Shown here piece after piece: positions 37,565 through 47,358 of a DNA stretch of 64,000 nt. The notes under the pieces were generated by a model. That model was not told the origin of the DNA. It saw only the letters and a program-made list of their open reading frames with translations, and made no database searches. The stretch is from a virus: positions 12,697 to 76,696 of IMG/VR virus record IMGVR_UViG_3300050821_010655. One strand, given 5' to 3'. The position numbers and the translations under genes were made by a program. The first letter of the stretch is position 1. Every line of letters begins with the position of its first letter.

Positions 37565-38071
37565 TTAAGAAGATGCAGGAGGTGAAGGATTATCGGGCGT
37601 CACCGAGAGTCCCGGCAGGTCAGTCGCGCAGCTAAACTCAATCATGTAGGCGTCAATAATCTGGTCACCTAGTTGGACCGTCCGCACGCCCTTGTAGTCC
37701 ACCGGCAACTCCTCAGAGATTCCAATTATCGCTCGAATAATTTCACGAGCCTCTTCAACCAAATCAAACAGGGGACGAGCAGTCCCACGCTGGTCGGTCA
37801 GGCTGTCTCCTCTATCCGGGTTAAACCCCCGCCCGCGAGTCATCATCACGCTAAACTGGCGGTCCACTCGATGCAGAGACGCCGCCAGGGAAAAATCACC
37901 ACGAATATCTTCGCCCATGTAGCAAATAATCACCCTAGGAGAGTCAGGCTTGGCCCACGCAATCTCCCAAAGGTGAACCATATCCGACGCCACAAACGCT
38001 TTGCCGCCGTTCTGGTTGGCCCAAGGGTCTAATGTGTCTCTCAAGGCGCTCATCTGTTCAGCAATCGTCAT
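37565..38071 (-). CDS. putative tail terminator/completion protein
   Basis: Position after the morphogenesis gene; LFDLVEEARE.IR...AY.IEF. Confidence 0.55.
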   Translation of the reverse strand: MTIAEQMSALRDTLDPWANQNGGKAFVASDMVHLWEIAWAKPDSPRVIICYMGEDIRGDFSLAASLHRVDRQFSVMMTRGRGFNPDRGDSLTDQRGTARPLFDLVEEAREIIRAIIGISEELPVDYKGVRTVQLGDQIIDAYMIEFSCATDLPGLSVTPDNPSPPASS

Positions 38072-38559
38072 GCGCCCATTCCAATTCTCTGAACCTCACG
38101 TACCGCCACCCTGCCCAACTCACGCTCGGAATAAGGTGTCAGACGATAGCTTGTGCCGGTTCCAACAATCGGGAAATAAGGACGAGCGGGGAGCCTTGCC
38201 GCTGCCCGGCCAAACTGCTGCGCGGCGGCGTAGACTTTATCGGACCCCACCTCCACATACTCCGAACTGTTGGAGTTGATATAAATCTCCTGCATCAGCC
38301 GTCCGGTACGAATCAGCGTGGCGGGTCCGCCTTTGCGCTTGCCCCACTTTGGATAGTTGCGGGCGTAAGGTGCCCACGGGGTTGGGCGATCAATGCCAGC
38401 CATACCAAAGTTCTGGCGGGTGATTTCACGAAACCTCAACCCCATCGCCTGCAACATACGGCGCTTGCCAAAACCCGTCAGGCGGCGGTGAAGTAAACGA
38501 AAACCAGCACCCTGGCCATCCTCGGTGATTCTGACCGTCAATTTGATGGGGGCGAACAT
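38068..38559 (-). CDS. phage virion morphogenesis protein (Mu gpG-like)
   Basis: W.P...Y...K.......LIRTGRL...I......V.VGSDKVYAAAQQFG...LPARPYFP. Confidence 0.85.
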   Translation of the reverse strand: MFAPIKLTVRITEDGQGAGFRLLHRRLTGFGKRRMLQAMGLRFREITRQNFGMAGIDRPTPWAPYARNYPKWGKRKGGPATLIRTGRLMQEIYINSNSSEYVEVGSDKVYAAAQQFGRAAARLPARPYFPIVGTGTSYRLTPYSERELGRVAVREVQRIGMGA

Positions 38560-38976
38560 TTACAAAGTCGTCATGTTAACCGTCAGCGGCGTGCTGACCA
38601 CCGCGCCCTGCGGGTAATCACGGGGATAGTTCAGGTCAAACTCAAGATCGCCGTGCCCAATGGCTTTCAGGCGCTCGCGCATCATGTCAGCTTGAGGCTT
38701 AAAAGGATTTTTTTCATCCGGGGTAAGCCTGCGTTGATACATTGACTCACAGACAAAAACGGCACAGGCCGCTCTTAAGAGCGGCGGGGTCGGAATTACC
38801 GGCACATCAATAATGTTGGCAATGCTGCCGTCAATCAATGCACTGTGAAGGGAAATCAGATTGTTAAGGACCGTCAGACCGTTGGTAAGATTTGCCGCCC
38901 CGGTGTCGTCCAGCATGGCCGCCACGTCATTGATATTGATCAATGCAGAAACATCATCTTGATTGCAGTAAGGCAT
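38560..38976 (-). CDS. Mu gp36-like head-tail adaptor (DUF1320-like)
   Basis: MPYCNQDD...LDD.G......IDG......VP....P.LL...C...L.AI..G.L. Confidence 0.75.
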   Translation of the reverse strand: MPYCNQDDVSALININDVAAMLDDTGAANLTNGLTVLNNLISLHSALIDGSIANIIDVPVIPTPPLLRAACAVFVCESMYQRRLTPDEKNPFKPQADMMRERLKAIGHGDLEFDLNYPRDYPQGAVVSTPLTVNMTTL

Positions 38977-38978
38977 GG

Positions 38979-39755
38979 TTATTCCTTCACAACCGTATCA
39001 GACCTGCCTGCCGCACTAAAAACACGATGACCAAAGATTTGTTTCTCCTGATAAGAGAGTGGGTAAAGGCAGTTGCCTGAGTGGCGCAGGGTAATTCCAC
39101 GGTCCACCCAAATCTTGTAACCCAAATCGGTGGCCCGCTGGCACCAATACCAGTCCTCACTTAGCCAACGCTTCTTGCCCGTCGGGTATTTATAAACCCC
39201 CATCTGCCAGAAGTCGTATTCAGTAATCTCAGGCGCGTGGTCAAGACTGTATCCAATCTCATCTCCATAGACATCAATCATGCGTTCAAACACCTCGCGA
39301 GCGATACGCAGAAAACCCGTTCCGGCGTACTTGACTTGATACAACCCATTGTCCTGCATAATGGGGTTTTCACAGGCGTTGATAACCGGCTGGGGTTCGC
39401 CTTCCTGCTTCTTGTAATACAAGCCTGCCACAATCGGCTCATCGTACGACATGATACGCTGCACCTGTTGGGCGCTGAATACCAAATCGCTGTCGATCAT
39501 GAGCAGGTGGGTGCAATCGCTTTCCAGAAACTTTCGGGTAAGACTATTCCTAGCCCTGCCCACTGCGCTGTCGCCTATGTGGGGCTTTAGTTCTCCATAA
39601 AGCCCAAGCATCTGCATGTCTTGGGGGAGACGCATTAAAGACAACATGAAATTTGGATCTACCCAAAACATGATCGGAATCCCGATATACACCTTGCGTC
39701 CCGGCAGGCAGCTTCTCGGTAAATCCAGATTAATATCTTCAGTCTGTGTGCTCAT
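38979..39755 (-). CDS. GT-A fold glycosyltransferase (GT2-like)
   Basis: S.V.RARN.L...FL.SDCTHLLMIDSD, AGTGFL.I.REVF, SEDWYWC.RA..LG.KIWVD....L.H.G. Confidence 0.85.
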   Translation of the reverse strand: MSTQTEDINLDLPRSCLPGRKVYIGIPIMFWVDPNFMLSLMRLPQDMQMLGLYGELKPHIGDSAVGRARNSLTRKFLESDCTHLLMIDSDLVFSAQQVQRIMSYDEPIVAGLYYKKQEGEPQPVINACENPIMQDNGLYQVKYAGTGFLRIAREVFERMIDVYGDEIGYSLDHAPEITEYDFWQMGVYKYPTGKKRWLSEDWYWCQRATDLGYKIWVDRGITLRHSGNCLYPLSYQEKQIFGHRVFSAAGRSDTVVKE

Positions 39756-39762
39756 TTTACTG

Positions 39763-39795
39763 AAAAAGGCGATCCCCGGCTTTCCAAGGACCGCC
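39763..39795 (-). terminator. intrinsic terminator after the capsid genes
   Basis: GGCGGTCCTTGG-AAAG-CCGGGGATCGCC-TTTTT. Confidence 0.75.
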
Positions 39796-39832
39796 ATAGA
39801 ATCCTGTCCGGTTTAACTATTCTGACTGGCGG

Positions 39833-40267
39833 TTAGAACTGTAATTGGCAGGTCAAAACAACACCCGCCGCCGGATTGCCATTGGCCTCACCCGTGGCCT
39901 TGGCACGAATATACCGCCGCACGGTCGGAGGCAGCATGACCTGAACACTCTGAGCCGCCCAACCCGCGCCATTGTTGTCCGTCACCTGAAGCAACGGACT
40001 GGCAAAGATCGGGATGATGGCAAACGTCACGTTGTTGGCCGAGTCCTCCAGCGTGACGTTAATGTTCTTGTTGTTCGTGCTGGTTGCCGCCGCCGCCATG
40101 AGCACCTGGCACAGCACATACTCCGTGGTGGGGTAGGGCTTGGCCTGTATCATGTCCAGCGCATTGGTATTGGTATTGGCCGCACCGGCGGGAAGGTTGG
40201 CAGTACCAACGTAATTGATGTCGATGATCGCCCGAGTGTTGACCGGGGCATTGTTTGCAAGAGCCAT
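39833..40267 (-). CDS. capsid decoration/cement protein
   Basis: Follows MCP; V.LEDSANNVTF...LPPTVRRYIR (Bbp16-like motif). Confidence 0.7.
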   Translation of the reverse strand: MALANNAPVNTRAIIDINYVGTANLPAGAANTNTNALDMIQAKPYPTTEYVLCQVLMAAAATSTNNKNINVTLEDSANNVTFAIIPIFASPLLQVTDNNGAGWAAQSVQVMLPPTVRRYIRAKATGEANGNPAAGVVLTCQLQF

Positions 40268-40316
40268 AAGTTTGTTCTTTCTTTACTTAGTTACTTACCT
40301 GTTATAGATTTGAAAT

Positions 40317-41009
40317 ATGAACAAATCCGAATTGACTCAGTGGGGACTGAACCCCAATTTCATCACTCCAGAATTTCTTCACTCGATTGATTGCACTCCG
40401 ACACTGCCGGAACGATTCGTCAAACAGGTAACTAAGTCTGACGGATGCTGGCTGTGGCCATGGGGGGTTCCCTATGCGACCCTCAGTAGAGGCAAGGCGG
40501 GCGCTGGGATTATTGGCGCTCACGTCGTAAGTTTCATTCTTCACTTTGGACCCCTTAAACCAGGAAACCGAGTCTGTCACACATGCGACACACCTAGATG
40601 CGTTCGACCAGATCACTTGTTTCAGGGAACTCAAACAGACAACATGCAGGATGCCTCTAAAAAAGGCAGAGCAAAAAACCAGAAGTTTGAAGGTCAAAGA
40701 CGTGGAGATAACTGTCCTGCCAGAGTCCTTTGCGGAGAACAAGTTTTGAAAATACTTGAACTCCGAAAATCTGGCAGAACGCAACAATCCATTGCAGATG
40801 AGTTTGGTGTTACCCAAAGCTGCATCATGCTTATCTTGACTGGAAGAAGTTGGTCGCATTTGACTGGAATTAAACTTAATCCAAACCCAAAACCACGACT
40901 CAATTTGACTCAGTATTTACAATGGAGTCGCTCACTACCAGAGGGTAGCCCTCCAGCAAGTTGGCGGGTGGTGCCCAGCCGGGACGGCCCGTGCTGTCGC
41001 CGGGAATGA
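40317..41009 (+). CDS. HNH homing endonuclease, antisense, overlapping the MCP 3' end
   Basis: RF..QV.KSDGCWLW...AHVVS...G......VCHTCDTPRCVRPDHL..GT..DN..D plus HTH. Confidence 0.88.
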   Translation: MNKSELTQWGLNPNFITPEFLHSIDCTPTLPERFVKQVTKSDGCWLWPWGVPYATLSRGKAGAGIIGAHVVSFILHFGPLKPGNRVCHTCDTPRCVRPDHLFQGTQTDNMQDASKKGRAKNQKFEGQRRGDNCPARVLCGEQVLKILELRKSGRTQQSIADEFGVTQSCIMLILTGRSWSHLTGIKLNPNPKPRLNLTQYLQWSRSLPEGSPPASWRVVPSRDGPCCRRE

Positions 41010-41880
41010 ACATCGCGCCGGTCGATGGATTGAAGGCCGAACGCGATTGCTGGAGCAAGAAGTAGCTCGTGCGATTCACAAACCACACCAAGCCTTGGCG
41101 GCGAACCAGCGGAATGTTGCTGACCAAGAGCGCCGCCGACGAGTCAGTCAACGCCTGATCATACACGTTGGTAGTTTGGTGAGTCGTGATACCCGTCACC
41201 GCCCAGGTTGCGCCGCCACCCGCCGTCGAATTGGCGCTAATCACGTTGAACCCAACCCAACAGGACAGATTGGACACCCAGGCAAAGATTGTGCCGGTGG
41301 CTCCGATAGCCGGAGCGGTAATCTGCTGGCGAATTGGAGGAGGCAAAGCGACTTCGCCGTTCTCGCCCACATCGAAGTGACAACCCCAGGGGCCGTTGAG
41401 CCACAGGAGATAGGCGCTCGTGCTGTTGGTCGTGCCACCCACGCCGACCGAGCCGGCGGATTGAGCACGAACCCCGGCAAACCCATTGGCGTCGTTGGAT
41501 GTGCCATAGAAAGTTTGTGCGCCCAAGGTGATAAGGGCCGCTTGAAGAGCACCTTGCGCTTCATGCGTCCACGCATCGCCAGTGCTCTTGTCGTCGGCCT
41601 TCAAAATGGCCTCATCGACATTGATCGGCACGTCGATAAAGAACATCTGTTTAACCTCCTTTTTGTAGCTGGACTTGATGGGGGTCGCGCCGTTGTTAAC
41701 CTGCCGGAAGGCGGCGGTGCCAAGAGCGGTTCGCCGAACGATTTCATACCAGGTGCCGGGTCGCTTAACCACCGGAATGCGGCTGAACTCTGGAGCATAA
41801 GTGGTGACATCTTCCACCAAACCAGTGAGAATATCATCCCGCTGGAGAGCCAGAAGATCGAACAAGGTTAACATTGCCAT
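40900..41880 (-). CDS. major capsid protein (HK97 fold)
   Basis: P......PG..Y...RT.L....FR.VN.G, FYG...D..GF.G, G.P.VVSDSI.NTE; follows the protease. Confidence 0.85.
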   Translation of the reverse strand: MAMLTLFDLLALQRDDILTGLVEDVTTYAPEFSRIPVVKRPGTWYEIVRRTALGTAAFRQVNNGATPIKSSYKKEVKQMFFIDVPINVDEAILKADDKSTGDAWTHEAQGALQAALITLGAQTFYGTSNDANGFAGVRAQSAGSVGVGGTTNSTSAYLLWLNGPWGCHFDVGENGEVALPPPIRQQITAPAIGATGTIFAWVSNLSCWVGFNVISANSTAGGGATWAVTGITTHQTTNVYDQALTDSSAALLVSNIPLVRRQGLVWFVNRTSYFLLQQSRSAFNPSTGAMFIPGDSTGRPGWAPPANLLEGYPLVVSDSIVNTESN

Positions 41881-41915
41881 ATTAAAAATCCTTTAGAGGT
41901 TTTTCGTTGTTGGGG

Positions 41916-43526
41916 TTAATTGGGAAGAGCCTTGCCAAGATCGCTTGGCCCGGTCCAGATCACGCCTTCGCGTTGACTGGCAAACCACTCCGTCATTTTC
42001 TGAGCCGAACGCTCACGCGCCCCCTTAAGATCAGGCGTCTTGCCGTCGGAGGACAGGGGTTTAACCCCCCGTTTGCTGACATGCTCAAAATTCACCTCTG
42101 GCTTGAGGTTGCCTACAATCTTTTTGAGCGTCTCGACCGGGATCGTCTCAATATCCTCGGCAGAGAGCGGAATCACCTTGCCAGCCCGAGTCGCCTCGGC
42201 TTGCAAGTTCTTACGCTGCTCAGTTTCCAGATTTTTCTGGTCAGCCGCCGCTTTCTTGGCGTTGTTGTCGCGCTCAGTCTTAAGTGTTTCCAACTCGGCA
42301 GAGAGCGGGGCCAACTTGGCGGTCAGCAACTTTTCAATACTTTCAGCGGAATAGGTAATCGCGCCGTGAACGCTGCCGGGATGCTCTAATTCGGAGGCGG
42401 TTTCGTCGGGTGTGCCTTGCTCGCCGGGTTTGAACCCCGTAGGGCCACCGCGAGAACCATAGCCGGGGATCTGTTTGTTGCCAGGAGTCGCGCTAGGCAG
42501 CGGTTGTTCAACGGTTTTGAAACCTTCCCATTTGGCACGCAACATTTTCATAACGTCATCGGGTTCCGCATCATCTTCCATGTGGAGTTCAGCGCGGAAG
42601 AATTTAAGATGATCTTCGAGCATAGTATTTATCCATTGGTATGGGTCATCGACGTAGGCGTTGACTTTGGCACGCTCGTCCGCTGACTCCGATTTTAACT
42701 CAATTCCGAAGTGTTTGGCTTTTGCCGCGATCCTTCGTTTAATCGCGGAAATTTCTTCCTCTGAATATCCACCCTGATTTTTGGGCATGTGAATGTAACT
42801 CCAGGCGGCGCGTACATGTCCCTCAGTATTTATAGGATATTTTTTATGTGCCGTATCAGCATATTCACTTTCAACAACCTTAACCTTGCTGCCACGGCTC
42901 AAATCGGCAGCATAAGCAGTCGATTTCATACCATCCCCACCATCTTTCAACTTTTCCAACGGCATGAAATCACCGTCGGTCTTGCTGTTGACCTTGACCG
43001 AGCACTTATCCATCAGGTTGGGCATGGAATCCGCGCTGTAGAGCGAAAGACTGTCGGCGTTGTAGAACTGAAGATTGTCAATCTGTCCTGCCGGGGTAAG
43101 GGCCACGCTATGAATGCCAATCACCCTATCTTCTTCGTCAGTAATCACCGCTGGCGAAAGGTCAATATAATCACGGGCGCTCTTCTCCCCGCTAGGCGTG
43201 TAATTCATGTATTCGTAATACACACCATCATCAGGCACAACCGTCACCACGCCGTAGCCCGCAATCGCCCGAGGTTCCTTGTCCGCCGTGTACGCCTTGG
43301 TGCCCTGAACCGTGTTATGGTTGAAATCCAGAGGGGCCACCACCCGGCCTATTGCCTTTTGATTGGTGTACAGGCACTCAGCAGACTTGGCGTCAAAGAA
43401 AATATCCCCATCCAGCGTCTTGCTCTTGCCCCACCCCAGCACCTTGATACGCGACGGCAAATCGGAGCTTTTCAACGCTCCGTTTGAAATCGGTTTGGCG
43501 AATTTTAGGTTGGCACTGCTTGCCAT
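41916..43526 (-). CDS. Mu-like prohead protease/scaffold with a DUF6582-like insert
   Basis: LDFNH, YTPSG.....DY.DLSPA, IHSVALT..G; internal KYPINTEGHVRAAWSYI domain; coiled C-terminus. Confidence 0.85.
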   Translation of the reverse strand: MASSANLKFAKPISNGALKSSDLPSRIKVLGWGKSKTLDGDIFFDAKSAECLYTNQKAIGRVVAPLDFNHNTVQGTKAYTADKEPRAIAGYGVVTVVPDDGVYYEYMNYTPSGEKSARDYIDLSPAVITDEEDRVIGIHSVALTPAGQIDNLQFYNADSLSLYSADSMPNLMDKCSVKVNSKTDGDFMPLEKLKDGGDGMKSTAYAADLSRGSKVKVVESEYADTAHKKYPINTEGHVRAAWSYIHMPKNQGGYSEEEISAIKRRIAAKAKHFGIELKSESADERAKVNAYVDDPYQWINTMLEDHLKFFRAELHMEDDAEPDDVMKMLRAKWEGFKTVEQPLPSATPGNKQIPGYGSRGGPTGFKPGEQGTPDETASELEHPGSVHGAITYSAESIEKLLTAKLAPLSAELETLKTERDNNAKKAAADQKNLETEQRKNLQAEATRAGKVIPLSAEDIETIPVETLKKIVGNLKPEVNFEHVSKRGVKPLSSDGKTPDLKGARERSAQKMTEWFASQREGVIWTGPSDLGKALPN

Positions 43527-43549
43527 GTGGTCAATCTATCTGACCACAT
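43525..43549. promoter_or_regulatory. perfect 9-bp inverted repeat over the -10 region and start of the protease gene
   Basis: ATGTGGTCA-atctatc-TGACCACAT. Confidence 0.6.
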
Positions 43550-43616
43550 AAGTTTATTTTCAATACCTAAAGACAGCATTACATGTCGCTATTTCTCTAT
43601 TTTCTCTAAATTATTA

Positions 43617-43649
43617 CATAAGAGAGCCGGGAGGTTGAATTCCCGGCTC
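43617..43649 (-). terminator. hairpin terminator
   Basis: GAGCCGGGA-N8-TCCCGGCTC followed by TCTTAT. Confidence 0.55.
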
Positions 43650-43685
43650 GTGGGAGGAATGACCGGCAGAATCTATTATTTGGCG

Positions 43686-44219
43686 CTAGCTGTGCATTTT
43701 CTTGGGAATACCCGATCCCAAATCAGCAATCGGCTGACTGATCGACTCGCCTTCGCTCACGCCCGCCACAGTCGAACGGTAATCCTTGCAAAACTCCGGG
43801 GCGCGAATGTTGAAATTGGTGATGATGTCCCGACGCTGCGTACCATCCCCGGCGTCCACAAAGTTCCACTGCTCGACCACAAAGAAGCTCTTATATTCCG
43901 ATGGGTTGGAGGTCTGGTACTCGGGAAACCAGTGAACGATGCGATAGTAATCGCCGTCCTTAACCGGATTCTTGGTCTTGGGGTCCAGCCTCACATAGTC
44001 TTTTTCAGCCATGCGGTTGTACTTCTCGGCCTCTGCTGGAGTCGTCCAATTCTCACGATCCTGCGCCGGTTGCTTAGTGACAAACTCAACTGTGGTGGTG
44101 CGGGTGGTCAAGGCGTCAACCACACGATTAAACCCTGCCTCAATTTGATGCGCCCATTTGGGGTCCACTTGATTTTCGGGGCTGGCGGGGTCCTGGGGGT
44201 TCTTTGTTGTCGTTGCCAT
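43686..44219 (-). CDS. hypothetical protein
   Basis: ORF track. Confidence 0.6.
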   Translation of the reverse strand: MATTTKNPQDPASPENQVDPKWAHQIEAGFNRVVDALTTRTTTVEFVTKQPAQDRENWTTPAEAEKYNRMAEKDYVRLDPKTKNPVKDGDYYRIVHWFPEYQTSNPSEYKSFFVVEQWNFVDAGDGTQRRDIITNFNIRAPEFCKDYRSTVAGVSEGESISQPIADLGSGIPKKMHS

Positions 44220-44248
44220 AGATTTATCTGTGCTCTGTTATTGGTTGA

Positions 44249-44464
44249 TTAACTGTGTTTGTGCCCATTGAAAGTGTGGGCAACCACTTCACTTTTTAAA
44301 ACCCTCCACCATGAACGCTCGCCGTAGCCCGGTTTATGAGCGGTCTTAAAAACCCCCTGACGACACATCTGATCTACCCGGCGTCTGGAAAGCCCCAACA
44401 TTTCGGCAGCAGAATGCGTGCGAATGTAATAGTTGTTTGGAATGCTTGGAGGTTGGACGCTCAC
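44249..44464 (-). CDS. excisionase-like HTH DNA-binding protein
   Basis: T..AAEMLGLSRRRV.QMC.QG....A.K.G....WRV..SEV. Confidence 0.75.
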   Translation of the reverse strand: MSVQPPSIPNNYYIRTHSAAEMLGLSRRRVDQMCRQGVFKTAHKPGYGERSWWRVLKSEVVAHTFNGHKHS

Positions 44465-44733
44465 GATCTTAAAAGTCCATCAATTAAGTTCCTAAACAAA
44501 TCTTGAAATACCATCACACCGTCCACATTGGTTCTCGCCACATATTTCGGCACAGAGAAATCAGCATTAGGTGAAACATAGTTCACGCCATTCACATTCT
44601 TGATATACCAAGATGTAGGAACACTATAAAACCCACTCTGGCCCCAAAACGAATACGGCTGCGGCACGCCACCAGTCAAATCCTGAAACGCGCCAGTGCC
44701 GGCTGGGAAGTTAGGGTTGCCATCAATAATCAT
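44461..44733 (-). CDS. hypothetical protein
   Basis: Packed ORF. Confidence 0.5.
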   Translation of the reverse strand: MIIDGNPNFPAGTGAFQDLTGGVPQPYSFWGQSGFYSVPTSWYIKNVNGVNYVSPNADFSVPKYVARTNVDGVMVFQDLFRNLIDGLLRS

Positions 44734-44773
44734 ATCACTAAGGCAAATTTACCTCGTGTTAATTTAATCCGTC

Positions 44774-45730
44774 TCATTGTGCGGTCCCTTCCTTGGCCTT
44801 GGCTGGAAACCCATAATCCGCATCATGGAACGTCGCGAATCCACTCGACTTCGGATGGCCCCCACCCCCAAACTCCGTCGCAATCTTAGAACAATCAAAG
44901 TTATCGCGGCTCCTTAAGCTCCACTGCCTGCGCCCGTCGTTCAGATCGCGGTAACTGGCAACAAAAGGTGAGTCTGGATTAGCGTTTAAAAGTGAATGAC
45001 AAATCTCAGAAGTCAGGTCGGTGGCATTAACCACTGGAACGCGATAAACACCCTCGCCTTGAGTAACAGCATCAGGATCAAATGTAATTCGGCAAGTGCC
45101 GTTCACAATGAACGACGCCATCCTGGAGTTTTCCAGCGCGTCTTTCACCTGCTGGTCGGCAAACCGACGGCAGATTGTTCCTTCCCCCATCAAATCTTCT
45201 AAACATTGTGCTTCGGCCTCCAAGTCCCGAGGAATCGACACACAACTAATTCTTTCCCACGTCTCAAAATCCATCTGATAACTTTCAATCGCTAAATGAA
45301 TCTCCCGACTCATCGGCAAACCCCATGTCCACAAGTCAGCATCGCATATGTACCCAAAAAAGGCAGGCACATCTTGATCAGGGTGAAAATATTCCCAAGA
45401 CAAGACTGCCGCGCTCTTGCTGGTATCAAAGTGACAGTAAGACAAATCTCCCAATTCCAACTGCGCCGATTTATGGTGGTCGATCAAGCACAACCTTGGG
45501 TAGTCCGACGCATCGCCCAGCCGATTCAACAAATCCGCAAATAGAGACTGCATGACCTCTCGTGGGTAGGAAAAGTCTAAAATAAACACATGCTCTGCCT
45601 CGGGCATGGGCGGCAAAGGTGCTCCACGATTAACTGAAATATATTCAGCATTGCTGCCAAGTTTCAGGAAAGCCGCAAAGGCAGATCCAAAACCATCCGA
45701 ATCATTGTCATAGAGGACGTAGCTTTTCAA
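44774..45730 (-). CDS. DHH/DHHA1 phosphoesterase
   Basis: DSDGFGSA, ILDFS, IDHHKSA, DLW.W, SLRS, GGGGHP.SSGF. Confidence 0.9.
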   Translation of the reverse strand: MKSYVLYDNDSDGFGSAFAAFLKLGSNAEYISVNRGAPLPPMPEAEHVFILDFSYPREVMQSLFADLLNRLGDASDYPRLCLIDHHKSAQLELGDLSYCHFDTSKSAAVLSWEYFHPDQDVPAFFGYICDADLWTWGLPMSREIHLAIESYQMDFETWERISCVSIPRDLEAEAQCLEDLMGEGTICRRFADQQVKDALENSRMASFIVNGTCRITFDPDAVTQGEGVYRVPVVNATDLTSEICHSLLNANPDSPFVASYRDLNDGRRQWSLRSRDNFDCSKIATEFGGGGHPKSSGFATFHDADYGFPAKAKEGTAQ

Positions 45731-47358
45731 TTAGTCACAAGTTCTCCAACTTCTTCCGCTTCGTCAACACTGTTTGCCTTAACCTTCTTGGGCTTGGTTT
45801 TGGGCTTTTTCGCCCCACCACTTGGCGGTGCCGCTGCTTCTACGGGTTCGGGTGCCCGCTCAAATTCAATACCCGTCCGCTCATTGATCGTCTCAATCCC
45901 TCTGTCGGTCGGCTGCAATCCCGCATCCTTGAAGTTACTAACGCTCTGAGCGATCTGGAACACCTGCTTCTCATCCTTGCCACCCCAGATAATGCCCTTC
46001 ACACGACCCTTATAACCGTTGTATTCCAAATACTGGTTAAACAACTGCTTAACCAGCGTGTCGGAGAGCTTGCGCATATCGCTCTGCCGGTAGTCGTCCC
46101 GCACCTTGCCGTGCAGGTCGGCCACACCGCTGCCCAAGCCGGTGGACTTGGCGCTGGATGAAAGAGTCTGACCCACCACCACCTTGGAAACTTCATCGTG
46201 ACAAAAGTCCTCAAACACCTTATAGCCCTCCGAACCATTAAGGCTCGCCGCCTGCATGAGTTGGGCTTCGGCACCTTTATCAATTACCAAACCTCCAATT
46301 TCCATCGAGAGAGCCAGAGCGTTGACTATAAAATTAACCGTGTCCTTCTGCTGGGTGTCCACCTTAGCCACCACGTAGGGATGCCCCCACTTCTGCATGT
46401 ACCTTCCCCACCAGTCCCGCGCCTGGGTCGCCAGGAACCACCAGAACAGGATGGCCCGCATATGACCGCCGTAATTGTCGGGCACCACTTTGGAGAGGTT
46501 GGTTCCGCGATGGACCATGTGAATGCGCCGATCAGGTTTGTAGGTATCGGTGGGGGAAAAATTAGGGTAACCGTTGTCATTGACCGTGTAAAACCTCAGC
46601 CACGCCTCCCAATCGTCAGGGTTGAAATTGATTGAACTGTCGTTGGGAGGTTGGGCGTTGAAACCCGGCGCGGTCATGCCGCTAAAGCCCGCCGCAAGGT
46701 AAGGAATCTTGTAGCAATAGAGCACCGGATCGACCGGGCTAAGTTCGCGCAATCTGAAATTAACCGGGTGAGTGTATTTGGTTTTATCCTCCGGCTCAAC
46801 CGGTGAAAATATCTTTTCGCCCACCGAAACCGGCCAGAGCGTGGCGTCCAGCATGTCCCCCATCGCCTGATTCCAGTTGTCGCAGTTATCGATCATTTCG
46901 TCTATAACCTCGCAAGCTATCTCGTCATCTTTTTTGCCTTTTTTCTTGGGCAGTAGTGTATGGGGTTGGCCAACAACCGTCAGCTTTCGCTTGGCGAACT
47001 CGCTTTGGAAGTGGGTAAACCCCATCTCCATGTCACGATAGATCGTGAACAACATCCAACAGTCGCCTCGTTCGGCTGTCCTCAGTGCCGCCTGAATGCG
47101 TGACACATCCAGAGTCGTACTGAGGTTCATCGGCATACCCCAGCCTGAGAGGCGGGCTATTTTGGAGAGAGAGACACCAGGGGAACTATCCTTTTTAACT
47201 ACCTCAAGCTTTCCACTATTGACCGATGGAACGCTTGGTTGAGGAACACCAAAACTGGGGCGACTTTGAAAACCACCGATAGCAGGCAATCCTGTAACGG
47301 CCTGATTTCGCCAGTCGTTTAGAATTTGAACCTCAGGCTTACTTGTTTTCGTTGGCAT
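45727..47358 (-). CDS. Mu-like portal protein (DUF935)
   Basis: L..AE.GD, KRKL.V, W..Y.QKWG.P, E.SKVVVGQTL, G.G...LH..VR.D....D. Confidence 0.88.
   Translation of the reverse strand: MPTKTSKPEVQILNDWRNQAVTGLPAIGGFQSRPSFGVPQPSVPSVNSGKLEVVKKDSSPGVSLSKIARLSGWGMPMNLSTTLDVSRIQAALRTAERGDCWMLFTIYRDMEMGFTHFQSEFAKRKLTVVGQPHTLLPKKKGKKDDEIACEVIDEMIDNCDNWNQAMGDMLDATLWPVSVGEKIFSPVEPEDKTKYTHPVNFRLRELSPVDPVLYCYKIPYLAAGFSGMTAPGFNAQPPNDSSINFNPDDWEAWLRFYTVNDNGYPNFSPTDTYKPDRRIHMVHRGTNLSKVVPDNYGGHMRAILFWWFLATQARDWWGRYMQKWGHPYVVAKVDTQQKDTVNFIVNALALSMEIGGLVIDKGAEAQLMQAASLNGSEGYKVFEDFCHDEVSKVVVGQTLSSSAKSTGLGSGVADLHGKVRDDYRQSDMRKLSDTLVKQLFNQYLEYNGYKGRVKGIIWGGKDEKQVFQIAQSVSNFKDAGLQPTDRGIETINERTGIEFERAPEPVEAAAPPSGGAKKPKTKPKKVKANSVDEAEEVGELVTN

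Noticed and set aside
36488-47358. Transposable Mu-like phage
   Set aside because: Head genes are Mu-like but no MuA/MuB is visible, and replication genes are of initiator and primase-helicase type.
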